DNA from: a virus | Strand: one strand, 5' to 3' | Length of the DNA stretch: 35,575 bases | IMG/VR virus record: IMGVR_UViG_3300045421_000110 | Coordinates: 1-35,575 of that record | Part shown: in pieces, positions 8,447 through 15,781 of the stretch | How positions within the stretch are numbered: the stretch's first letter is position 1 | Layout: the number at the start of each line of letters is the position of its first letter | Program-made: the position numbers and the translations under genes | Notes under the pieces: generated by a model | Seen by the model: only the letters and a program-made list of their open reading frames with translations | What the model was told of the DNA's origin: nothing | Databases searched by the model: none

Positions 8447-8986
8447 CTACCTTCGCCTTGTCGGTTTCCACTGAACCACGTTGCCCGCCTCGGCCCAAAG
8501 GCGATCGACGTTTCCGATAACCCATCTCTCTATAGACTCGTCCCCACCGCCTGCCCCGTGGCCCATGCACCAATACGTCACGCGAGGGCTTATCCCGAAC
8601 GCCGCTGATGCGTGAGCCGGAATGCGGATTTCGTTTCCTTCGCAGTCGTACCTACACCCCCACTCGTAGCGCATGCACTGGTGCCCGCGAAACTGGTCGA
8701 TAGTGAAATACGGCTTCACCTCGACAAGCAGATCGTGATAGCCGTCGCATTCGGAGTGGCCGCAATGAAACCTCACATAGAAGTCGGGCGTCCACCCCAT
8801 CAGGTCAATCGGCTCGTACTGCCATTCCCATCCGGCCAGATCGAAGAACGCCGCCCACCTGGCCTCAAGCCGCGACCGAAACATAGTTCCTTTGTAGAGC
8901 GTCGGGTGCGACTTGATCGCGTAGTCGAAGTGATGCCCGGTAGAACCAAGCGATGAAGCAGACATCTCAGCGGAGTCTTTCGTCAT
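8447..8986 (-). CDS. PD-(D/E)XK-like nuclease-fold protein, paralog B (with a Cys/His-rich insert)
   Basis: FRSRLEARWAAFFDLAGWEWQYEP...GWTPDF...LLVEVKP. The insert HCGHSECDGYH lies between the D and ExK elements. The C-terminal LWAEAGN..W is shared with paralog A. Confidence 0.6.
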   Translation of the reverse strand: MTKDSAEMSASSLGSTGHHFDYAIKSHPTLYKGTMFRSRLEARWAAFFDLAGWEWQYEPIDLMGWTPDFYVRFHCGHSECDGYHDLLVEVKPYFTIDQFRGHQCMRYEWGCRYDCEGNEIRIPAHASAAFGISPRVTYWCMGHGAGGGDESIERWVIGNVDRLWAEAGNVVQWKPTRRR

Positions 8987-9030
8987 GGGAAATCCTTTCT
9001 TCGATGCTGCTTATCGCAAGCGTTCGCTGG

Positions 9031-9261
9031 CTACTTGCGAGCCCTCTTTTTTTTCGCTCGTTTCCAACGCGCGGCTGCCGCAGCATGAGCCTGATCTGCC
9101 GCCCGTGGATTGCCCTGCGGCATGTCCGGTGTCTCTACCCTCAGCAGCCGAGCGAGGCCACGCCGTATCGCCTCGCTCGGTGTGCATCCGTGAGCCTCAC
9201 ACCATTGCGACAGCGGCTCAGCGAGCGGCCCAACGACGAATGTGATGCGAGGCGGGATCAT
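9031..9261 (-). CDS. Ribbon-helix-helix (CopG/Arc-like) DNA-binding protein
   Basis: Start at MIPPRITFVVGPL (ATG 9261 in an ATGA overlap with the upstream stop). The pattern is a beta-strand, then helix L..W....G.T.SEAIRRGLARLL, then a basic tail. Confidence 0.55.
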   Translation of the reverse strand: MIPPRITFVVGPLAEPLSQWCEAHGCTPSEAIRRGLARLLRVETPDMPQGNPRAADQAHAAAAARWKRAKKKRARK

Positions 9262-9818
9262 GCCGGCCCCCACAGTCTCCAGCCCCCGGCGACATGATAG
9301 CTGCCGAGCACAGGACTGCTGGGGTGGCTGTGGACCTCCTCCATGTCGCATACGATCGCGTACCCGGCGGCCTCCAGCGCCGCCGCAAAATCGTCCTCCG
9401 ACATAGATGAGCCGTCGATGTCCAGATCATTTTCGGCGTCGGTATCGGCGCCGTCTATCCACTCCCGCATATCAGCGGCCTCGGCAATCGCTATGGCTGC
9501 GGAGACAGACTCCGCCTCGATGCTGTGGCTGATAGGTCCGTTTGCGTCGCATACGGCGTAGTACTTGGTCATCACTGCCACCTTGCAGGTCGCCGCGTCC
9601 TCCACGTCGCTCGCGGTAGCCTTAGCAGCCAGACTTCGAGCGATCTCCGCCAGCCCAGCGATAGTGTGTCGCGCGTCGGCACACTGATACTGCGTGGGCA
9701 CCCAGCCGCTCCCCTCGCAGTAATCGACCTCGACCGGCGACGAGGCGAGCCGCAGGTCGCACCGCACCGCCATCCGCTCAGCACCGAGACAGCCACCGGT
9801 CAGCGTGATCGTGTCCAT
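9258..9818 (-). CDS. Hypothetical acidic protein (186 aa)
   Basis: First gene after the predicted promoter. In the C-terminal half, 17 of 51 residues are D/E with one basic residue (AEAADMREWIDGADTDAENDLDIDGSSMSEDDF...). No motif recognised. Confidence 0.6.
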   Translation of the reverse strand: MDTITLTGGCLGAERMAVRCDLRLASSPVEVDYCEGSGWVPTQYQCADARHTIAGLAEIARSLAAKATASDVEDAATCKVAVMTKYYAVCDANGPISHSIEAESVSAAIAIAEAADMREWIDGADTDAENDLDIDGSSMSEDDFAAALEAAGYAIVCDMEEVHSHPSSPVLGSYHVAGGWRLWGPA

Positions 9819-9868
9819 GTCATCGTCTCCGAGGATCGCTCGCGAGTCTCATTCGCTCGCATGGCCCC

Positions 9869-9896
9869 ATGATACCAATCATCGGAAGATTGGCAA
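9869..9896 (-). promoter_or_regulatory. Sigma70-like promoter candidate with an embedded inverted repeat
   Basis: Minus strand reads TTGCCA-N16-TATCAT. The inverted repeat CCAATC-N7-GATTGG overlaps the -35 and spacer. It lies 50 nt upstream of ATG 9818, in an AT-rich 235-bp gap. Confidence 0.45.
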
Positions 9897-10053
9897 GTGA
9901 GAATGAAAGATTTTCGGAAATGTGGCGTTTTGCACGGGAAAGATGCTGATTTTCTCCGTCCTGCGGCTACTTGCGCCGTAAAATCTCCTCCCCGGTCATA
10001 TGCCGGATACCTCACTTTGCGTCGCTTTTCTCATACAACTGGGGTGCGCCATC

Positions 10054-10095
10054 GAACCACGCGATGCTGCGGACGAGCCGCTCATCGCATCGTTC
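10054..10095 (-). repeat. Structured intergenic repeat, copy 2 (42 nt)
   Basis: gaaccacgcgatgctgcggacgagccgctcatcgcatcgttc. It lies 4 nt after the methyltransferase stop. The fold is the same as copy 1, and the differences are concentrated in the loop and inner stem. Confidence 0.7.
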
Positions 10096-10099
10096 TCCC

Positions 10100-10867
10100 T
10101 CAGAATAGGACGCCCTGCGACAGCCGCTTGGCCGCTATCTCGCAGTAGCGTTCGTTGACCTCGATTCCGATGCCCCGTTTTTTTTCGCCCCTGGCTGCAA
10201 TCAGTGTCGTTCCGCTGCCCATGAACGGATCGAGTACTATCCCGCCGTCTGGGCAAGATGCCGCGATGCACCTCGCAGCCAGAATCGCCGGAAACGGGCA
10301 CGGGTGCCCCTTCACTTCTCGCTCTGGCATGATCCGCCAGACGGTCATCTTTGTGTTCTGCGAACTGTCCCAATGATGCGGATTCCCGAATCCGTAAATG
10401 TATTCGTGCGAAGGCGAGAACTTTCTGGCGTTTAGCGTGATGCTGCCCCCGCGATCCCAAACGACCTCCGAATAGAAAGGCCAAGGGAAAATCGACAGCG
10501 GATGAATGCCTTGTTTGTCGCGGTATCGCGTCTTGTGATTGATCCAGACGAGCCCCTTCGATAGCCGTCGGCAATGACCGAATACCTCCCGCATCCATTC
10601 CTGGTATTTTGGCTCGTCAAGATCATCCGAGTATCCGTCGTAGCCTTCGTTTTGCTTGCGCTTGTACTCGGCCATCAGTCCCGACGGTTTCGTAGCCGCG
10701 ATGGTGTTGTATGGTGGCGAGGAGAATGTAATGTCGCATTCGGGCAGGTAAGGCAGAATCGCTAGGCAGTCCCCGTGATAGATGGTGATTCCATCCCGTT
10801 CGTAGTACGGAACCAGGCAGGGAGAACCAATCGTTGGAGCAGACCGCTCAGTAACGTCTTCAATCAT
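10100..10867 (-). CDS. DNA methyltransferase, beta-class N6_N4 type, motif IV SPPY
   Basis: Motif IV FSSPPY precedes motif I LDPFMGSGTT. GGAGGA RBS. No adjacent restriction enzyme. Confidence 0.85.
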   Translation of the reverse strand: MIEDVTERSAPTIGSPCLVPYYERDGITIYHGDCLAILPYLPECDITFSSPPYNTIAATKPSGLMAEYKRKQNEGYDGYSDDLDEPKYQEWMREVFGHCRRLSKGLVWINHKTRYRDKQGIHPLSIFPWPFYSEVVWDRGGSITLNARKFSPSHEYIYGFGNPHHWDSSQNTKMTVWRIMPEREVKGHPCPFPAILAARCIAASCPDGGIVLDPFMGSGTTLIAARGEKKRGIGIEVNERYCEIAAKRLSQGVLF

Positions 10868-10917
10868 GGTGAATCCTCCGTGAGCGGCTGCTCATCGGAA
10901 TCGTTCGGTTTCTGTGG

Positions 10918-11358
10918 TCACTTCGTCCGCGTCAAAAGCCCGCGAAGGGTGGCCACACACCGATCGCTGGCTGGCTCTCCGTCCTGCTCGTAGTCCTCAA
11001 TGAGCCGCTGAATCTCGGTTCGCTCCGCGTCAGTGAGCCGCAGCCTCCTCACTTCCCGCACGAGCCGCTCCACGATGTCCGCAGCATCCGGCACGCAGTA
11101 CTCGTCTCCGCACACGCACTTGTCCGGCAGCACTTCGCGAGCCGCAAGGCGAATCGCGTCGTCCATTTCGGCCTCGTCCGCGTTTGCCTGCGTCGCCGCA
11201 CGCCGCAGCCTAGCGATCTCCTCCCGCTGGTCCTTGAGGTCGCCCATCAGGCCAATCTCCTGGACGTGCGACTCGTCGAAAAAAATCTCAATCGTCGATC
11301 GGTCTGGTTTCGGCATTTCAGACCGCTCGCCTGCGTCTTCCATTTTGTCATCGTCCAT
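10918..11358 (-). CDS. Hypothetical acidic protein
   Basis: Start taken at MDDDKMED (ATG 11358, after the RusA stop at 11370); the longer track ORF overlaps rusA. Coiled-coil-like, with no motif recognised. Confidence 0.5.
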   Translation of the reverse strand: MDDDKMEDAGERSEMPKPDRSTIEIFFDESHVQEIGLMGDLKDQREEIARLRRAATQANADEAEMDDAIRLAAREVLPDKCVCGDEYCVPDAADIVERLVREVRRLRLTDAERTEIQRLIEDYEQDGEPASDRCVATLRGLLTRTK

Positions 11359-11369
11359 ATCGAGCCTGC

Positions 11370-11864
11370 TCACGCCACCCTCGCCATCGCCACCCTCCGC
11401 ACGACGACCACCGTCCGCGGCTGCTCTCCCGGCTCGATGTACCGCTTCGCGGTCGTCGACCGCACCACCTGGCGATCGTCCTCCCACACCGCACACGACG
11501 CCGTCACGCTGTCGAGCACCGCCTTCTCGACGTTGTCGACGTCGGCACGAGGGAACGCCGGCACGCTGGACCGCAGCTCGCCGCGGGACGTCATGTGCGA
11601 CTTCGGCCGGCCGAAGACCGCGTCGATCTCCACGACGTGCGGGCCGTCGCTGGTACGCCAGCCGGCCTCGCGGGCCTTCGCCGCCGCAAGGATGGCAATC
11701 GCCCGCCTGTAGGCCCCGATCCCGTTGCGGTCGGGCGTGTAGACGTGGCCCGTCCGCGTCATCCTCGCCCGAGGCTGCGGGACCGGATCGCCCGGCACTA
11801 CGATCGTGATCGAGTCCATGCGGTCACGGTGACCGTTCGGGGGGAGTTTGGCAAGGGACGTCAT
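11370..11864 (-). CDS. rusA: RusA-family Holliday junction resolvase
   Basis: VPGDPVPQPRARM...YTP...Y...PRADVDNVEKAVLDS......WEDDRQV matches the RusA pattern. ATGA overlap with the upstream gene. Confidence 0.8.
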   Translation of the reverse strand: MTSLAKLPPNGHRDRMDSITIVVPGDPVPQPRARMTRTGHVYTPDRNGIGAYRRAIAILAAAKAREAGWRTSDGPHVVEIDAVFGRPKSHMTSRGELRSSVPAFPRADVDNVEKAVLDSVTASCAVWEDDRQVVRSTTAKRYIEPGEQPRTVVVVRRVAMARVA

Positions 11865-12853
11865 GCCGCGCCTCCCTTCAGCTGCTCGAGGAGCCGCGCG
11901 CGGATCTCCTCCGCGGCCGGGTCAGGCTCGGCCGGCGGCCGCTCACGTCTGGCCTGCTCGTCGAGTTCCGCTCGCCTCGCGGCCTTCCGCGCCTTCGCCT
12001 CCTCGAACTCGCGGCGCTGGCGAATCCGCTCAGGGTCGGCTGCCGACCGCTTCCACTCCGCGGCGGCGGCCTCGGCCGACTGGCGGTCGGTGTCGGCGGG
12101 TCGCTGGGCACCGCGTCTGTCCGTCAGCTCGTCATACCTGCCAAAGTTCACATTCCGAACGAACTTCTCCCCGCAGAACTGCGGGAGCGACACCGGCGTC
12201 TTGAAGAACTGGCAGGCCCGCAGGCGGTCGATCGCCACCAGGGCAGCATCGAGCCAGCCGCCCTCCGCAAGCCGCTCCACGGCCTCGTCTGGTGGGTCTG
12301 GAGGCGTCCACGGCCGCCCCGGTCCATTGTTCCACCGATCCCGCAGGATTGCCCACCTTGCCGGATCCGGCTCCGTTCGCGCGCACGCGTGCGGTGGTGG
12401 TGGAATTTCTTCTCTTCTCTCCTCTCCTCTACGGCGCGTCGGCGCCGCCTCTTCCGGCGCTTGAGCGCCGGAACGTCCGGCGCGTCGGCGCCGGTCAGGG
12501 TTGCGGTCTTCGTACGCCGCCGCCCGGTCGGCTTTCTGGAGTCGAGCCTTGGCCGCCTGGCTGAACCGCCGATCCCATCCCGGGATCGCGACGGTAGCGG
12601 CCGTCTCGTCGACATCCAGCCAGCCGACGGCCGAAACGGCACGCCAGAAGGCCACATCCCCACCGCACGTCCTCGAGAGACGCCCGAGCGTCATCCGGGC
12701 CGTGCCGTCCTCCGTGTTCATCGCCGCCCACCCCCAGAGCTGCAGCAGCCGGTAGACGACGACCTCCACCGGCTCGCCGGTCAGGTCGATCAGCTCCTGC
12801 GTCTCCGGCTTCCCCGGCAACGCCAAGTCGTAGGCGATCCACTCACCGGCCAC
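11861..12853 (-). CDS. Hypothetical early protein, possibly a replication initiation/organizer type
   Basis: 330 aa. GTG start with a GGAAGGAGG RBS. Globular N-terminal domain, basic/acidic low-complexity middle, and a second domain (WNNGPGRPW...ACQFFKTPVSLPQFCGEKF). The function is inferred only from its position in the early operon. Confidence 0.5.
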   Translation of the reverse strand: MAGEWIAYDLALPGKPETQELIDLTGEPVEVVVYRLLQLWGWAAMNTEDGTARMTLGRLSRTCGGDVAFWRAVSAVGWLDVDETAATVAIPGWDRRFSQAAKARLQKADRAAAYEDRNPDRRRRAGRSGAQAPEEAAPTRRRGEERREEIPPPPHACARTEPDPARWAILRDRWNNGPGRPWTPPDPPDEAVERLAEGGWLDAALVAIDRLRACQFFKTPVSLPQFCGEKFVRNVNFGRYDELTDRRGAQRPADTDRQSAEAAAAEWKRSAADPERIRQRREFEEAKARKAARRAELDEQARRERPPAEPDPAAEEIRARLLEQLKGGAA

Positions 12854-13103
12854 CCGTGGCCTCCTTCCGTAGTCTGGCCTGCACCTTGTAGAGCAGGTCC
12901 GACGCCTCCTTCAGCGTCAGCCGGCCGTCGTCCATCGCGTCGAGGATCATCCCCTGCACACCGATCGGTGGCCGGCTGGCAGACGGCACCATCACGTCCG
13001 GCGAGAACTTCATGCCCCCCACCGGGTGACGGAGCCGCAGGTCGTCGAGCGGGGCGCACTCGACCAGGGCGGCGAAGTCGGAGTAGGGGGTGGGGGTGGT
13101 CAT
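12843..13103 (-). CDS. Hypothetical protein (86 aa)
   Basis: Ordinary composition, coupled to its neighbours. Confidence 0.45.
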   Translation of the reverse strand: MTTPTPYSDFAALVECAPLDDLRLRHPVGGMKFSPDVMVPSASRPPIGVQGMILDAMDDGRLTLKEASDLLYKVQARLRKEATGGR

Positions 13104-13105
13104 TG

Positions 13106-13672
13106 TCAGCTTCGCGTAACGATCGGCTTTTCAACCGAGAAGCCGAGCGGACAGTTCTCGTTGGCGATCGTGGTATTCGTTTTGTGATGCCGGCGAAATG
13201 GTTGCTCAGTGAGCGTGTCGGGGTGAATGTCAAACCTCACGAGCCGAACAAGCTGCTCAAGAGAGACCTCTTTCTCCACCAAGAATCCATCGCGGCTCAT
13301 GTCAAAGCGACACCACTTTATCCATTCGGAATCCAGCGGTGTCGTTCCGCTCATACGAACAACTGCGACCCCGAAGTTACGCAACGTCTGACCACGCCAC
13401 TTGATCGCCTTCAGTGTCGTTGCCTGCTTTTTGCGGTATGTGTCTCTCTGGCTGTCTGTGAGCGATCCACCGCGAGTCTTTACCTCGAGTTCAATCATCG
13501 ACTGAACTTCTCGCGTTCCGCTTCCGTCAACGACGCTAATGTAGCGATGCACAAACGTGTCGACGTCTGTCTGAACCCACCCGCAATCGCTGGAGAACGA
13601 AGGCAAATCGAGACACGACCGGCACCACGCCATAAAAGGAACATCGGAACCAAAAACCCTATCTCGCGTCAT
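13106..13672 (-). CDS. PD-(D/E)XK superfamily nuclease candidate (VRR-NUC-like pattern)
   Basis: QTDVDTF...MIELEVKTRGGSLTDSQRDTY...G....FGVAVVR gives a D...ExK...Q...G order. AT-richer than the flanks. The ATG overlaps the methyltransferase stop (ATGA). Confidence 0.4.
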   Translation of the reverse strand: MTRDRVFGSDVPFMAWCRSCLDLPSFSSDCGWVQTDVDTFVHRYISVVDGSGTREVQSMIELEVKTRGGSLTDSQRDTYRKKQATTLKAIKWRGQTLRNFGVAVVRMSGTTPLDSEWIKWCRFDMSRDGFLVEKEVSLEQLVRLVRFDIHPDTLTEQPFRRHHKTNTTIANENCPLGFSVEKPIVTRS

Positions 13673-14817
13673 CGGACTGCCTTCGTGATTCGCTCGCTTG
13701 CGCGAGCTAGGTTCGCTTCGTCGATCTCAAACGCAGCCCACTTCCTTCCGAGAGCTATGCACGCCGCTGGAGTTGTTCCACCGCCGCAAAACGGGTCAAC
13801 AACAAACCCATCCGGCTCCGTGAGCAGCTCAATGAAGTAGCGGGCCTCGGCCTCGGACTGCTGCCACTCGTGGTGCGACTTCTCTCTGGTGCCGGTGGCG
13901 ACGTCGTTGACGAACGTCGTCTTGTCTCCGCGTGTCTCCTTCACGAACCAGAGCATCGGCTTCCATCCGTTCACGATTCCGTACTCGTTCATACGGAGCA
14001 GGGTCGGGCCGCTGTGGTAACACGAGCACGTCCACCAGTACCGTAGATGCTTCGACAGGTCTGCGACTGCGTCCGGGAGTTGGATCTGTCCGATGTAAGC
14101 GATCAGGCTTCCGCCTGGACGAAGCACGCGAGAGGCGAACGCACCGAGTCCGTCGAACAACTCGATCGCCTTCCGGTCGTACGGAGGATCTGTGAAGATC
14201 AGGTCAACCGAAGCATCCGGTATCTTGTGGCCGATCTCACGGAAGTCGCCGTGATACAGGCCGTCGACCTTGCGGCGACGTTTCTTCGCCTCCTCCTTCT
14301 CGGCGTCGCGCTTCTTCGCTTGCGACTCCTCGCGAATCTCAGCAACGCACCGCTTGCAAGAGAAGTCCTTCCCGGCCTCTGTCGCGGCCGCGGCCTTGGC
14401 GTCGATCTCCTCCGGCGTCAGCGCCAGCAGCTTCACGCCGGCAGCGGCGATGTCCTTAGATATTCCAAGGTCAGCCAAGGTCGTCTTGGTCGATCTTGAA
14501 TCGCCAAGATCGTCTGATTCGATCTTGCTTCTACTCCCGCCATGTTTCGCCAATACCCCCTCCTCGCGGAGACGTTGGGTCACTTCGCCAACCTTGCGGA
14601 CGGCCTTTGAGTGAGATGCCCCGCACCGGTTTTGCACAGAACGGCTGGCGTCCACTTGCTTGGCAAGCAGGCGACACGCCGCGGCCATGTCGTACGCACG
14701 CAACACCTCGTCCGGCTCAAACGCAGTGGCGATGGCATGCTCAACTTGAGCCTGAGTTCTCTCGATCGACTCTGCCGTCACCTTGGACACTCGATTCCTT
14801 GCCAGAGCCTTACCCAT
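13669..14817 (-). CDS. DNA methyltransferase, beta-class N6_N4 type, motif IV DPPY, with an N-terminal extension of about 200 aa
   Basis: Start at MGKALARNRV (ATG 14817). Motif IV LIFTDPPYD, then motif I VVDPFCGGGTT. The N-terminal domain is unassigned. Confidence 0.85.
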   Translation of the reverse strand: MGKALARNRVSKVTAESIERTQAQVEHAIATAFEPDEVLRAYDMAAACRLLAKQVDASRSVQNRCGASHSKAVRKVGEVTQRLREEGVLAKHGGSRSKIESDDLGDSRSTKTTLADLGISKDIAAAGVKLLALTPEEIDAKAAAATEAGKDFSCKRCVAEIREESQAKKRDAEKEEAKKRRRKVDGLYHGDFREIGHKIPDASVDLIFTDPPYDRKAIELFDGLGAFASRVLRPGGSLIAYIGQIQLPDAVADLSKHLRYWWTCSCYHSGPTLLRMNEYGIVNGWKPMLWFVKETRGDKTTFVNDVATGTREKSHHEWQQSEAEARYFIELLTEPDGFVVDPFCGGGTTPAACIALGRKWAAFEIDEANLARASERITKAVR

Positions 14818-15037
14818 TCCCAGCCTCCTTTTTGGTGTTCTCCCGCCTCTGAATCTCCCGCCGGATGTACCACTCCGCTTTCCGCAGATCCTCGATCGCG
14901 TCACCCTTCAAGCCGGCCCGCCACAGATACTTCACGGCGTTCCCGACGTTGAACGTGAAGTGTTCCGCAATAGTCACACACTCCACGCCGCTCGGGTGAG
15001 CGTTGTAATGTGCCGGGTTGTTGACATTGTCGACCAT
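14810..15037 (-). CDS. DUF3310-family phage protein
   Basis: NPAHYN...ECV.I......F..GNAVKYLWRAGLKG...EDLRKAEWYI. ATG 15037 follows a GGGAGGAAG RBS. Confidence 0.7.
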   Translation of the reverse strand: MVDNVNNPAHYNAHPSGVECVTIAEHFTFNVGNAVKYLWRAGLKGDAIEDLRKAEWYIRREIQRRENTKKEAGNG

Positions 15038-15054
15038 AGTCACTTCCTCCCGTT

Positions 15055-15285
15055 TCACCCGTCCGAATCTGCCGGCGACCGCGGTAAGTACTGGACCTCG
15101 TAGCGAGCGGGGGCCAGCTTCGCCTCGAGGTCTGCGGCTCGCTGCCGCAAGTACTGGATCTCGCGGATGTACGCCTCGCGGTGCTTGTCCCAGTGCAGGA
15201 CGTACTGGGCGTAGAGCTCATGCCCTGCCGCTGCGAGAGCCGCGGAGACTTCTTGCGGCGTTGGCTCAGAACGGGATGTCGTCAT
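15055..15285 (-). CDS. Hypothetical protein (76 aa)
   Basis: Start at MTTSRSEPTPQE (ATG 15285, GGAGGG RBS). The longer track ORF is an R-rich shadow. Helical, coiled-coil-like. Confidence 0.5.
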   Translation of the reverse strand: MTTSRSEPTPQEVSAALAAAGHELYAQYVLHWDKHREAYIREIQYLRQRAADLEAKLAPARYEVQYLPRSPADSDG

Positions 15286-15781
15286 CCGTCCCTCCGCTGG
15301 CCGCCGCGTCGGCCTTCTGCTTCGGCGTCCGCTTCGCGACCGGCTTGTTGCCGGCGGCCGGCGGGGCCACGGCACGCTCCACGGGCGGGTTCGCCGCGGC
15401 ACCGTTCGCCGGCTGGAATCCATTGATCCAGATGCGGCGATTGCCCAGCTCGTCCACAACCGGCATGCCTTCCTTGTCGATGGCTTGGCGGGTGACGACC
15501 ACGACCTCGCGGCCGATCAGGTCGTCCGGCTCGAGACCGTCGCCGGCCCGCAGCCCGAGAGCCGCCGCCATCTTCATGGCCGCGGCGTGGTCCCGCTGGA
15601 CCTCCGGGTCCAGAAACTTCCCGAACTCCGCGTAGTCGCCAACCTTGAACGTCACGATCAGGGCCGACCGACTGCCGTCCTTGCTCGTCCAGTTCTTCGC
15701 CTTCGTGATCGTCGCGACGTGCGCCCCGTCCGGGACCGCCGTGCCTTCCGTGCCGTCATCCTCGAACTTGTCGAACCTCAT
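15266..15781 (-). CDS. DUF669-like single-strand DNA-binding-type protein with an SSB-style acidic tip
   Basis: Start at MRFDKFEDDG (ATG 15781 in an ATGA overlap). The C-terminus is GGTDDDIPF, the canonical SSB protein-interaction tail. It is a neighbour of a Sak4-like ATPase. Confidence 0.65.
   Translation of the reverse strand: MRFDKFEDDGTEGTAVPDGAHVATITKAKNWTSKDGSRSALIVTFKVGDYAEFGKFLDPEVQRDHAAAMKMAAALGLRAGDGLEPDDLIGREVVVVTRQAIDKEGMPVVDELGNRRIWINGFQPANGAAANPPVERAVAPPAAGNKPVAKRTPKQKADAAASGGTDDDIPF

Noticed and set aside
8431-9030. The shared 10-mer GCAAGCGTTC just downstream of the stops at 8447 and 9031.
   Set aside because: It has only two copies of 10 nt and no associated structure, so it is too short to separate from chance.
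9800-10015. A 71-aa - strand ORF in the AT-rich gap upstream of the acidic-protein gene.
   Set aside because: It overlaps the ATG of the 9258-9818 gene out of frame. It would bury the promoter-like element and has an odd composition. The gap is better read as regulatory.
12389-13840. A 483-aa + strand ORF. Similar long + strand ORFs occur at 16320-17405, 27812-28777, 28774-29835, 30524-31963 and 32938-34233.
   Set aside because: All are antisense to well-supported - strand genes. They are Arg/Pro/Gly/Ala-rich and low-complexity, lack ribosome-binding sites and carry no motifs. These are the typical shadow ORFs of high-G+C DNA.
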